DNA of 64,000 nt, taken from the IMG/VR virus record IMGVR_UViG_3300006033_000016, positions 1 to 64,000 of that record; one strand, written 5' to 3'. Every line of letters starts with the position of its first letter. Position 1 is the first letter of the stretch. Shown here piece after piece: positions 39,578-48,557 of the stretch. Origin of the DNA: a virus. The notes beneath the pieces were generated by a model, which saw only the letters and a list, made by a program, of their open reading frames with translations, was not told where the DNA came from and made no database searches. Position numbers and translations under genes: made by a program.

Positions 39578-39682
39578 TTGTCAATCCTTTCTATTTAGGG
39601 AAATGTAGCCAGTTTTCTTCATGTAGAGAAGAGCCATGAGGAGCACAAAAAATAACAGTAATAGCATGGAATACACCCAACG

Positions 39683-39712
39683 GAAAAGACCCCTGATGTC
39701 AGGGGTCTTTTC
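39683..39712. terminator. Intrinsic terminator hairpin
   Basis: gaaaagacccctga-tg-tcaggggtcttttc. Confidence 0.75.
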
Positions 39713-39726
39713 AAGAAAGAGATAAG

Positions 39727-40077
39727 TCAAGCCCAAGGAACATAGCTAAGTCGGCGAAAGAAGTCAAACAGTTTCTCGAACAAAGAGGTGGCCTCGTTCA
39801 TGGGGTCTTCTTCGTCAGGGTCGTTTGAAAGATGAAGAGATCGGGCTATGTCCTCCATCTGAGAATGAAGACTTAGTTCAGAGGAATCTTCCAGGATTCG
39901 AAGGTCAGGATAATACTTCTGCACCTTGTTAGCCATCTTTCTGGCTTTTCTCGCCAGGCGCTGACGTTCTCTGCGGTGTTCTTTGAGTTCATCGAAGACC
40001 TCCTTCGCTTCTTTATTGAGGTTGTCAATTTCCCTCATCCTACGGATGCGGGATGGCTTGATACGTAGCGTATCCAT
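39727..40077 (-). CDS. Hypothetical coiled-coil protein
   Basis: 116 aa ORF ending before the terminator. Confidence 0.6.
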   Translation of the reverse strand: MDTLRIKPSRIRRMREIDNLNKEAKEVFDELKEHRRERQRLARKARKMANKVQKYYPDLRILEDSSELSLHSQMEDIARSLHLSNDPDEEDPMNEATSLFEKLFDFFRRLSYVPWA

Positions 40078-40102
40078 ACCAGGTATATAACATGGATAAA
40101 GC

Positions 40103-40591
40103 CTATTTAGCAGGAAGAAAGTGCCAATACATGTCTAGCCTGGCCATTGAAACGAGCTGATGTAATGACATATTCTTCAGCTTGTAGTCCTGCATAGATT
40201 CTGGAAGGCAGGAAAGCAAAGAAGGAGCAACACGGTATAGACGTCCTCTGCCAAGAGGAAGTGTAACCCACGTGTACTCTACGTTAAGTCCGCAAGACAG
40301 GATATCCCTGTCCAACCTCCAGTACGTAGAAGTCTTTTTCGCAGAAACCAGAATGTAACGATACTGCTCTTCCTTAATGTCTCTGAAATGAGGCTGGTAG
40401 GGGAGACCCCTTGCTAAGGCCTCTTTATGGACTAGGTCTAATGCCTTGTCCAAAGACACAGAACAAGAACTATACACATTCTGTGTCAACTTAAGAGCAC
40501 ATGACACAGAACAGGGGCCATGCCCGTCAGTGTAGATTGAGCTGAACCCACAGGCAGGACACGAGGGAACTGATGTGGGTTGCCCTGTCAT
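40103..40591 (-). CDS. Hypothetical protein
   Basis: N-terminal CPAC...CSVSC. Confidence 0.55.
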   Translation of the reverse strand: MTGQPTSVPSCPACGFSSIYTDGHGPCSVSCALKLTQNVYSSCSVSLDKALDLVHKEALARGLPYQPHFRDIKEEQYRYILVSAKKTSTYWRLDRDILSCGLNVEYTWVTLPLGRGRLYRVAPSLLSCLPESMQDYKLKNMSLHQLVSMARLDMYWHFLPAK

Positions 40592-40792
40592 GCTGCAGGT
40601 CCATTATTACGTCTGGGGCGGACCTTCAAATAAGAAAAGTACGCCTTATCCACAATCCGTACTAGGATTGTGATAGGGTAAATAACAGCATGGAATGCTT
40701 GTCGCATAGCCTACCTATAGATAAGTATGAAATAGTTCCTTTGAAGAAGAAGGAGAAGGGTACATCGAGAGTGAACACGTGCGCAGAGGTCT

Positions 40793-41281
40793 TCAGCCTT
40801 TGAGGTCTCGAACCATCGCAGCCAGGCGACGCGCCGCACGGGCGACCACACCTATACGCGGGGGAACCACCGCCTCGACCGGTCGAGCGGATACCAAGAC
40901 GACCGGTTCATCCTCGTCCGCCTCAGCCAAGTAGGCCTCGAACTCGGCAAGTCGCTGTTCCTTGGGCTTAGAGAAGGAGTGCATCGAAGCCACCAGTCTC
41001 TCGTCCTCGGTCGAGTCGTCGATGCGGCGTGCAACGTGGCTAGTGCTGGATGGCTCCTTGGCCATAGCTTTGGAAAGGTCTGACATAACTCTAGACCAAT
41101 CTCCACTTAGGGCATTAATGGAGTCTCTAACGACATCGACTGACCCCATCTTGAGCCGATGCTCTACCTCGTGTTCCACTATGTCCCTGATTTTAGTTCC
41201 TATTGGAGAAGGATATCCTTCTCCCAAATAAGAAAGAATCTTAGATACGTATTCAGATTTCTTATCGGAGTCTGTGCGCAT
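40793..41281 (-). CDS. Hypothetical protein
   Basis: Start moved to ATG 41281 to avoid overlap with the tRNA. Confidence 0.55.
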   Translation of the reverse strand: MRTDSDKKSEYVSKILSYLGEGYPSPIGTKIRDIVEHEVEHRLKMGSVDVVRDSINALSGDWSRVMSDLSKAMAKEPSSTSHVARRIDDSTEDERLVASMHSFSKPKEQRLAEFEAYLAEADEDEPVVLVSARPVEAVVPPRIGVVARAARRLAAMVRDLKG

Positions 41282-41296
41282 GTTGTTGCGATTCTT

Positions 41297-41383
41297 TGGT
41301 AGGGGCGGAGGGAGTCGAACCCTCACAGACCAATGGTCCTCGGGATTTTAAGTCCGTAGCGTCTTCCATTCCGCCACGCCCCC
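41297..41383 (-). tRNA. tRNA-Leu(UAA)
   Basis: Cloverleaf with long variable arm, loop CTTAAAA, TTCGACT, ACCA. Confidence 0.92.
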
Positions 41384-41388
41384 TAAAC

Positions 41389-41781
41389 TCAATCTTCCAC
41401 GGGTTCGTCGTCTAAGATAACAGGAGTTCCTCCTAAAGTCACAGCCCCTCCGCCTGGGTGAAGTGTGCCAAATCTTGTTTCGAATTCTTCAAAATCAGGA
41501 GAATCCGAGTCTTCATCCTGGTCTTTGTTTTTAATGCGAATCAAGGCACAACGAAGGGATAGTTCGGCGGCTCTTTCCGTGTAAAGATCTAGCATTTTAC
41601 GTTGTATTTTTTTCAGGTCCAGTATGGCATCAGAAAAGTTAGATTTTGGGTGACGAGAAATAAACTCTGACAGAAGAGCTGTCTCCCGAGTCAGGTCCAG
41701 ACTTGAGCTAACCAGGCTTTCATTGATGATGTCTACTCTAGCGTCAAGCATTTCAATCAAAGAATCAATGTCCATGATCAA
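41389..41781 (-). CDS. Hypothetical protein
   Basis: 130 aa ORF. Confidence 0.55.
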   Translation of the reverse strand: MIMDIDSLIEMLDARVDIINESLVSSSLDLTRETALLSEFISRHPKSNFSDAILDLKKIQRKMLDLYTERAAELSLRCALIRIKNKDQDEDSDSPDFEEFETRFGTLHPGGGAVTLGGTPVILDDEPVED

Positions 41782-43124
41782 GACCCTTCCTTAACCATCC
41801 AAGGAACCTGAGTAGGCATGACATTCTTATGCGCCTCTAAGGTGTTATGATAGCACTCTGACACAGAAGAACGAGAAAAAGACACACAAGGAGGAGCTGA
41901 GATACGTGACCGTACGTCCTCCATCTTCAAACGAGGAAAGAAGATGCGGGCGGAGTCGACGAGAACGGACTCCCCGACTGTTCTTTCTGAAAGGGTGGCA
42001 GTGTCTGCTGTTGTATCATATAAATACGAGCAGGATCCGAGCTTGGTCCAAATCTTGGCTCCAGGAAGGCTAGTCTTGTTTCCAGCCATCTTTATGACAG
42101 GCTTTCCTTCCGCGGCCACTAGCTTATAGACGAAGCCCATCGAGAACCCTGGATCACTAATTCTGGAACCTATTCCGATACCGTCTATAGGTATGAATTG
42201 GCCCAGAGAAGAAATCTTCTCCTCGCAGAAATCTCCAGATACTACTATCTTGGTCCCGCTGAATCCCATACCGTCCAAGGTAGTTCTAATGAACGGAACC
42301 AGAGACTTAATTTCCCCCGAATCAAGACGGACTGCATTGAGCGGTATGTGTGTCTCGAATGATGCACGAATGGCATTAAGTATACCCTTCCTCACATCGT
42401 AAGTGTCAATGAGAAGGGAGTTGGTTTCGGGATAGGACCTAAGAAAATCCTTGAACGCAGATAGCTCCCCACCCAAACCATAGGACATGACATATGAATG
42501 GGCCATAGTGCCTCGAACAGGCGTGCCGTAGACTCGGCCTGCCTCTAAATTAGAGGTGGCGTCAAATCCGCCAACAATCGAGTCCACTGCCACATGAACT
42601 GCCTGAGCCTCATGAATTCGACGAGTACCAAACTCGAAAAGAGATATTCGAGAAGGAGTCACTCGTCGAATCTTGTGAGCAAGTGATGCTGTACGGACAG
42701 AAGAGTTCAAGATACTGAGTATCTGTGTCTCCAGGAGATGGACCCAGCATATGGGGCCACAGACTTGTACTACGGGGTGATCGTAATAAATGCGCTCTCC
42801 ATCAGGAGCACACACTATGCTGACACGTTTAAACGATTGTACAAAATCATTATGAAGCCAGGCGTGAAAGTCGTCAACGTGGCCGTGAGGAATGAAAGAT
42901 TCCAAAAGATCTTTAGTAATAAGGGAGACGGAATCTAGAAAGGAAGAGGTGTGTACCAGCTCTGCTATCCTATACGCTCCAGACATGATAATGTCATTTG
43001 TTGACAAATCCGTTGGAACCCTGCGGAAGTATGCCTCTGCTGTCGCCAACACCTTGTGTCGACCACTCCTCCAATGGGAGTAGACCATTGCCAGCTGATA
43101 GAAGTCGGTGTTTGTGATGTACAT
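41778..43124 (-). CDS. pncB: Nicotinate phosphoribosyltransferase
   Basis: TDFYQLAM, EFGTRR, GTMAHS, LIDTYD, VRLDSG, VYKLV. Confidence 0.9.
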   Translation of the reverse strand: MYITNTDFYQLAMVYSHWRSGRHKVLATAEAYFRRVPTDLSTNDIIMSGAYRIAELVHTSSFLDSVSLITKDLLESFIPHGHVDDFHAWLHNDFVQSFKRVSIVCAPDGERIYYDHPVVQVCGPICWVHLLETQILSILNSSVRTASLAHKIRRVTPSRISLFEFGTRRIHEAQAVHVAVDSIVGGFDATSNLEAGRVYGTPVRGTMAHSYVMSYGLGGELSAFKDFLRSYPETNSLLIDTYDVRKGILNAIRASFETHIPLNAVRLDSGEIKSLVPFIRTTLDGMGFSGTKIVVSGDFCEEKISSLGQFIPIDGIGIGSRISDPGFSMGFVYKLVAAEGKPVIKMAGNKTSLPGAKIWTKLGSCSYLYDTTADTATLSERTVGESVLVDSARIFFPRLKMEDVRSRISAPPCVSFSRSSVSECYHNTLEAHKNVMPTQVPWMVKEGS

Positions 43125-43130
43125 GAGTTC

Positions 43131-43439
43131 TCACTTCAGATCAATGGCAGGGGACCAACTAAAATTGACTGTCTCCCAGTCGGAACCAAGACGATAGTAC
43201 ACTTGACCAAAGTAGCCAAGTAGCCACTCCTCTTCCTGTTCTAGAGGAATGTAGGATGGAACCATGGGGTCGCCTCGCTGGTCTAATCCTCCTATACCAC
43301 AGAAAGGGATATTTTCGCAGAAGTCTAGGTCTGCTTCTATCCACCCACGAAGAAAAGCCCCAGAGCTATCCTCTTTAGGAACGTAAGTGTCTGCGTAAGA
43401 GGGAATTGAGAAAGAACGTTTCCTATAGCTGTGTTTCAT
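43131..43439 (-). CDS. Hypothetical protein
   Basis: 102 aa ORF. Confidence 0.5.
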   Translation of the reverse strand: MKHSYRKRSFSIPSYADTYVPKEDSSGAFLRGWIEADLDFCENIPFCGIGGLDQRGDPMVPSYIPLEQEEEWLLGYFGQVYYRLGSDWETVNFSWSPAIDLK

Positions 43440-43893
43440 ATTTCTTCTTGAGCCTCGCTAGTTGTTCTCTTTCTTTCATTTCTTTCTTAGAAATCTGAAC
43501 CTTGCGAGCAGCCTTTTTCTTTGCTTGAGATTCTTCATAACGAAGAATTTCTAGGTCTGTTTTCTTTAGGAAACCAGAAGCCCTTAACGTTACGGCAATA
43601 TACTCAGGTTCGTATCCCTCAGTGTAACTTAGGAGGTTCCAAGTTAGATCTTCTATGTTTGAAGGAAGTGTATCCCTGATATCCTCGATATTTTTATTTA
43701 CCCAGGAGTGTACCTGATCAGCCGCATCTCCAAGAAGAAACCTTACAGCCTGGTCTTCTGCGAAGACGGGCGCCTTCGGGTCTAAAACAATATCTTCTCC
43801 CAGAAGGTCAGAAAGATACACGTAGAAGTTAGCCTCTTTCTCCCACCTTTTATAGTGAGAAGAGGGGTAACTGATGTCAGACTTTTTGCGCAT
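43423..43893 (-). CDS. Hypothetical protein
   Basis: 156 aa; ends ERxQLARLKKKYE. Confidence 0.55.
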   Translation of the reverse strand: MRKKSDISYPSSHYKRWEKEANFYVYLSDLLGEDIVLDPKAPVFAEDQAVRFLLGDAADQVHSWVNKNIEDIRDTLPSNIEDLTWNLLSYTEGYEPEYIAVTLRASGFLKKTDLEILRYEESQAKKKAARKVQISKKEMKEREQLARLKKKYETQL

Positions 43894-44326
43894 TTAGAAC
43901 CGCCCGTGATATGGAATCTACCTGGTTGTTAAGGTAGTGACGCACGTTACTTGGAGCCTGGTGCGCTTTTACGTGCTTGAAACGCACCCTACAGTTTCTC
44001 TTATCCAAGATGTTGTGTAACCAACGTCGCCACACAAACCAGTCTTCTCTTCTCAAAGAAGAAGTGTCCGCACCATACTTCAAGTAGGTGATGGCTACCT
44101 GAGAGTCAGTATTTACGCATATTCCTTCAGTTTCTCGCCACTCTCTCAGCGCTCTTCTCACACCCAAAAGAATAGCGCACATTTCTGCAGTATTGTTACA
44201 AGTGACCTGCGGAGGACAAGCCGTAGAATCAACGATTCTACCTTGGTCAGATCTTAGCCAATAGGCTACTGCTCCCTCGGATTTGGATGGATTCCAAGAG
44301 GCGTCAGTGTAACATGTTACCCACAT
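43877..44326 (-). CDS. Ribonuclease HI-like protein (second copy)
   Basis: YTDAS, NTAE, NTDS, HVKAH, NNQVD. Confidence 0.8.
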   Translation of the reverse strand: MWVTCYTDASWNPSKSEGAVAYWLRSDQGRIVDSTACPPQVTCNNTAEMCAILLGVRRALREWRETEGICVNTDSQVAITYLKYGADTSSLRREDWFVWRRWLHNILDKRNCRVRFKHVKAHQAPSNVRHYLNNQVDSISRAVLNAQKV

Positions 44327-44336
44327 AGAGTGTCTT

Positions 44337-44419
44337 TGGTAGGGTCGGAGGGAGTCGAACCCTCACGGTCGCCCGGTGGAGTTTGAAACCACTGCGTCTG
44401 CCAGTTCCGCCACGACCCC
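44337..44419 (-). tRNA. tRNA-Leu(CAA)
   Basis: Leu-type body; anticodon loop TTCAAAC with U-U at 31:39; ACCA. Confidence 0.85.
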
Positions 44420-44426
44420 ATAGGAG

Positions 44427-44714
44427 TTATACAGAAGAGGATATCCCGAGCCTGTCGAATTCAACTCTAAATTTAGCGCCTCCCTTGTAGGAAAGGGAGA
44501 TCACATTTCCTTCTGCATCTTTTACTTGTAGGGGATAACGGCGCAGGTGATCCCCTAGGAAAGCCATTACAGCATCCTCACACCCCTCTGTCACTACTCC
44601 CTCGAAAGAAAGTGTAGCTTTCACTACAGTAGGTCGTTGTACCTTGGAGATAGAGGAGGAGGGACTCTCCACAAAGCTAGCCGTAACGGATTTTGGTTTC
44701 TTGGGCATACTCAA
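44427..44714 (-). CDS. Hypothetical protein
   Basis: 95 aa ORF. Confidence 0.5.
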   Translation of the reverse strand: MSMPKKPKSVTASFVESPSSSISKVQRPTVVKATLSFEGVVTEGCEDAVMAFLGDHLRRYPLQVKDAEGNVISLSYKGGAKFRVEFDRLGISSSV

Positions 44715-45031
44715 TCCAATCCAATGAGAAGACTTTTCATTCGTTCGGGGTCCAGCTCTCTGATACGCTCAGTTGCCCGTGCAACAAAAGATGGACGAGT
44801 AGGAAGCACAGGAGCCGCACGCAGCGTGATGGACAAGAAGCCTATCACCAGAAGAACGTCCAACTTGGACATGTCTACAGCGTCTAATAGCTCCCCTACC
44901 TTGTCGAACTCTCCAGCACAAAGCAAGTCATCTATGTGCTCGAACATGAAGTCTAGAATATCATGACTAGACCTGTGTAAGTGCACTTCCTGCAACTCAT
45001 CCAACCATGTATGCACGTCTTCCATCAACAA
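44711..45031 (-). CDS. Hypothetical protein, paralog of 50241-50585
   Basis: Shared DDLxxAGE(F/W)xxV...G(F/V)L...RxxFxxRA. Confidence 0.65.
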   Translation of the reverse strand: MLMEDVHTWLDELQEVHLHRSSHDILDFMFEHIDDLLCAGEFDKVGELLDAVDMSKLDVLLVIGFLSITLRAAPVLPTRPSFVARATERIRELDPERMKSLLIGLD

Positions 45032-45288
45032 CGGTACGAAACAGGCTTGTGCGACACACCAGTAAGCTTGTTCGATGCGCCAGTGGGTTTATGCACTTCG
45101 TTCAAGTGAGCCTGGACCTTTCCTGCGTCTTCCTTCGACAGGTGGCTTGTGTAGGAGGGGTCTATAACGTGTTCGAAAACCAAGTTTAGATGGTTCTTTA
45201 CCGCTTCGACCTGCTTGGGAGACAAGGTCTCTACGTCAGACAGCTCAAAGAATCCTTGCAGCCAGTAACAAAAAGCTTCAGGGGTCAT
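45025..45288 (-). CDS. Conserved phage hypothetical protein
   Basis: MTPEAFCYWLQGFFEL motif. Confidence 0.65.
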   Translation of the reverse strand: MTPEAFCYWLQGFFELSDVETLSPKQVEAVKNHLNLVFEHVIDPSYTSHLSKEDAGKVQAHLNEVHKPTGASNKLTGVSHKPVSYRC

Positions 45289-45311
45289 ACTAATCCTTTC
45301 TAATGCAGCGG

Positions 45312-45395
45312 TACCGAGGACAGGGATCGAACCTGCACGCCATAAATGACACTTCCCCCTAAAAGAAGCGCGTCTGCCAATTTCGCCACCTCGGC
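45312..45395 (-). tRNA. tRNA-Leu(UAG), CCA not encoded (CCG)
   Basis: Cloverleaf, CTTCT-TTTAGGG-GGAAG anticodon arm. Confidence 0.88.
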
Positions 45396-45402
45396 ATGAG
45401 AC

Positions 45403-46188
45403 TCACCCGAGCAAAGATACAAGCTCGGACAATCCCTTGTATTCTACCATATCGGAAGACATGTTCAATAGAGCTTCCCTCAAAATGTTCCTTCTTTCTT
45501 CTGACAATTCCTTTACAGGATAGACGTACACACGTATCAGGAATATACTACCATCGCTGTCTGGAAGAGGAAAGGTTGACTGTCTCTCTACACGTAGGTA
45601 GGAATCCTCCAGAGAAGAAAACCTTACGGTCCTGGTGTCTGGATGCTGACTGAGAGCATCCTCTGAAGTGACAGTCCACACAAACCTAACGTAGGGCCCA
45701 CGGGTCACCATGGCCTTAACAAGGGAAGAAGACGTTCCCATAGGAAATCCAGGAATGGGCTTGTGGATTTCAGAGAACGTTTTTCCAAGGAGATGTTCGG
45801 GCCGCCACCCACTAGGAAAATTGACACTGAGCGCAACGATCTTTCCGCTATACTCGTGACCAGCAGAAAGAACGACAATGTCTTCCTGCACAGTGGACGC
45901 GAGAGAAGCGAAGAATGAAGGTACCTCTCTAGGTATAGGAAGGTCTGGAAGGTCGAGCCTCCCAACCCTCTTCATGTACAAGCAAGCATCACGAAGGAGA
46001 CCAAGATGGTCCGGACTATACTGAAAGAAGTTTCTCTTTGCCTTTTGGTTTACGTAGAGTTCGTAGAACTCATCACGCTGAAACATCTCCAGGTCTGACT
46101 TTCCATTTCCGAAGTCTGTTCCGTGTCTGAACAAGCCCAGCTTGTTCTTCTCGTCTACGAACTCAAGAGGAAAATAGAAAGGTATCAA
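45403..46188 (-). CDS. DUF3445 / heme-dependent oxidative N-demethylase alpha-like protein
   Basis: QED, FPSGW...GK...EIHKPIPG, RFVW, YLRVERQ, FLIRVY. Confidence 0.75.
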   Translation of the reverse strand: MIPFYFPLEFVDEKNKLGLFRHGTDFGNGKSDLEMFQRDEFYELYVNQKAKRNFFQYSPDHLGLLRDACLYMKRVGRLDLPDLPIPREVPSFFASLASTVQEDIVVLSAGHEYSGKIVALSVNFPSGWRPEHLLGKTFSEIHKPIPGFPMGTSSSLVKAMVTRGPYVRFVWTVTSEDALSQHPDTRTVRFSSLEDSYLRVERQSTFPLPDSDGSIFLIRVYVYPVKELSEERRNILREALLNMSSDMVEYKGLSELVSLLG

Positions 46189-46694
46189 GGACTCACCGAG
46201 ACGAACTGTACAGGAGCCGAGGTGACACCTTCGATGTCAGAAATCAACACATTCATCTTTTGCCCAGAGGGGCTGAGAGCAGTCGCAGTATCCGAGTTTT
46301 CATCGACAGACAGCAGCTTAAACACCTCAAGATGAGCGCCACCTACCCACACCATAACATTATCTCCTTCCCTGATGGAGAAATCCTTGTTTGGCAGGGT
46401 AAATCCAGATTTAGAAAGAATGGAAACAGTAGCGCGGCCAAATTCTCTTTCTATGTGGTCAGCAAGTTCCCTGAGCCTCTGGGGTGTTAGGGGCAGGGTA
46501 GTAAGAGTCAGGGTCGTGCTATTTCCGCTATTGGAAACAAGGACAAGCTCCTGATTCCAAAACAACCCCTTTGGATCCTTTTTACCGTCCGGAGTTTCGT
46601 CGCCGTTGTGAAAGATCTTCAACGAAAACCACAGGTCATCAGAGTCATTAGCCAAGGTAAATCTAGATTCGCGAACGAGTTCAGGCTGTGTCAT
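46185..46694 (-). CDS. Hypothetical protein
   Basis: 169 aa ORF. Confidence 0.55.
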   Translation of the reverse strand: MTQPELVRESRFTLANDSDDLWFSLKIFHNGDETPDGKKDPKGLFWNQELVLVSNSGNSTTLTLTTLPLTPQRLRELADHIEREFGRATVSILSKSGFTLPNKDFSIREGDNVMVWVGGAHLEVFKLLSVDENSDTATALSPSGQKMNVLISDIEGVTSAPVQFVSVSP

Positions 46695-47173
46695 GTTCTT
46701 TTCCTGTTCTTCTTATAGGATTCCCATCGAGCAGTTTTTCTGTCGAAGGAAAAGCCTCCTTCAAGTCTTTTGATGGCACTAAGTAACATCTGTACTTCGC
46801 CTTGAAGATCGCACTCAGAGCGACATGGCGCCTCTTTCTCGATACGGACTACTCCCCCACAGATATAGGCAAGACCACACCAGTCAGGAACTTCATGTGG
46901 AAGTATCAGATCTTTGGGAGTTAGGTACCATCTGTATCTGCCTACTCCGCACCAGTTGTGTATAGCGGCTGCCTTGGTGCGTAATTCCTTCTGAAAATCC
47001 TTCCTTGATATCTTACACTCTACGGCATGAGAGATCCCATTGTGCCAACCAATGACATCAGGAACTTCGCTGTGGGAAGTGGTCATTTCGGCATAGACCG
47101 TAGAACACTTGTTTTGGCCTCTAAGCCACCTAACTGCACGATGAACCACTTCAGCGTGAGATAATGATTTCAT
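46691..47173 (-). CDS. PD-(D/E)XK nuclease-like (MmcB-related) protein
   Basis: EVPDVIG...VECKISRKDF. Confidence 0.65.
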   Translation of the reverse strand: MKSLSHAEVVHRAVRWLRGQNKCSTVYAEMTTSHSEVPDVIGWHNGISHAVECKISRKDFQKELRTKAAAIHNWCGVGRYRWYLTPKDLILPHEVPDWCGLAYICGGVVRIEKEAPCRSECDLQGEVQMLLSAIKRLEGGFSFDRKTARWESYKKNRKRT

Positions 47174-47784
47174 CTTGGATATACAGGCTGGGACCGTGAC
47201 ACCAGTACGGAACGTTCAGTTGGAGTGAGAAGAGGCCAAACCAAATCTCTGGCATGAGACAGGGCCGCATGCTTTAGCTTGTTGTCGAGAGCAGCTACTG
47301 CCTCTGATTCCAAAATCAGGTACACAGCCACAAGAGGTACGACCTCCATGGACATATCGATCATAGGTCGTACTCTTCTTTCTTCTTCTCTTTGCTGAAC
47401 CGAGAATAGAAGAAGGAAAGCATCTCACTGGGCTCTTCTCCTGACTCTATTTTCATCCTGTAGATGTCCAGAACTATCGTTCTTATCATGAAGTGCACTC
47501 CTTTCAGGACGAAAAGAGTGAACACAAAGAACAGAAGGGGAAGAGTTTCAACGAAAGTGACGAGGATTGCTTCCCACAATCTCATGTGTTCTTCTCCCTT
47601 TTACCAACTGGGTTAGGGTCAGGTGTATATTCCTCGCCAAGGATGGCTAGAGTGTACCGCCATTCTATCTCGCGATTACAATCCAAGGAACAAGTCCTAA
47701 ATTTAGATCCTATGGCAGCACTAGGCAAGGTGTTCATCTCCTTACCGCAGCAGTTACAAAACCACTTCAATTTGGAAAACAACA

Positions 47785-48162
47785 TCAAATAGGACCCTCG
47801 TCATCAAACAACGAAAGAAGGATACGCACGTCATTTGCATGTGAGGCAAGCCTTCCTAGGTAGAAGGAAGGAGAGTCTAGGCGGTCCGCCTCTGAGGGAT
47901 CGTTGGAGAGTCCCAGCAACGTTACCTTTGCGGAGGGAAATTCATCTACTCTTCGCGTCACACGAATCAACGCCCTGCGAGCTAGACGGATACCTTCCAG
48001 CACAGCCCATAGACGGCGTATCTCCTCTAGGTCGCACCCATACATGTCTTCTCGACGACCTAATTCGTCACGAAGAAGAGCACGTTGCGTATCTGCCGCT
48101 GACTTGAGGGCGTCAAGAGACGCGCCCACACGCTTGCGTAAACCTGATTGAGTCGGAATCAC
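47785..48162 (-). CDS. Hypothetical protein
   Basis: 125 aa ORF. Confidence 0.5.
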   Translation of the reverse strand: MIPTQSGLRKRVGASLDALKSAADTQRALLRDELGRREDMYGCDLEEIRRLWAVLEGIRLARRALIRVTRRVDEFPSAKVTLLGLSNDPSEADRLDSPSFYLGRLASHANDVRILLSLFDDEGPI

Positions 48163-48500
48163 GACAACCTTATCTCTACGCCACGGATTTCACCAAAATT
48201 ATCCAAAACTAGACGTGTGGAAATATACTTAGACAGTTCTTTATTGAGAACGTGTACTACGTCAGCAGGATGAAATTTGACTAACAATGGATGGTTCATC
48301 ACAAGTTGAACTGTAGGTTTTGTCACCTTAAGTGAGTCACACATCCACCTAGAAAGCATCTCTGCCACAAGGGGAGGGACATGTTCAGCCACGTCCCTCC
48401 TTATCTCGAAGGAAAGACGATCTACAAGATAGTCTGCCTGCTCTATGTTTCCTCGTACAGATATCTCGTTGTGCGACGATAGTACGTTTTTCCAATCCAT
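48159..48500 (-). CDS. Hypothetical protein
   Basis: 113 aa, AGGAGG RBS. Confidence 0.6.
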   Translation of the reverse strand: MDWKNVLSSHNEISVRGNIEQADYLVDRLSFEIRRDVAEHVPPLVAEMLSRWMCDSLKVTKPTVQLVMNHPLLVKFHPADVVHVLNKELSKYISTRLVLDNFGEIRGVEIRLS

Positions 48501-48523
48501 ACTTCCTCCTGTGCTGCTTAAAC

Positions 48524-48554
48524 AGAAAGGGCCCGCAAATTGCGGGCCCTTTCT
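48524..48554 (-). terminator. Intrinsic terminator after the Ro60 gene
   Basis: agaaagggcccgca-aat-tgcgggccctttct, 3 nt past the stop codon. Confidence 0.8.
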
Positions 48555-48557
48555 AGC

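Noticed and set aside
39651-40698. Short similarity aataacag...gcatggaat at 39651 and 40681
   Set aside because: Two imperfect copies only, probably within tiny ORFs; insufficient support
44337-44419. Reading the anticodon as UCA (opal suppressor or Sec tRNA)
   Set aside because: The stem pairs only in the register giving CAA, and the body is Leu-type; TGA is used as a normal stop throughout
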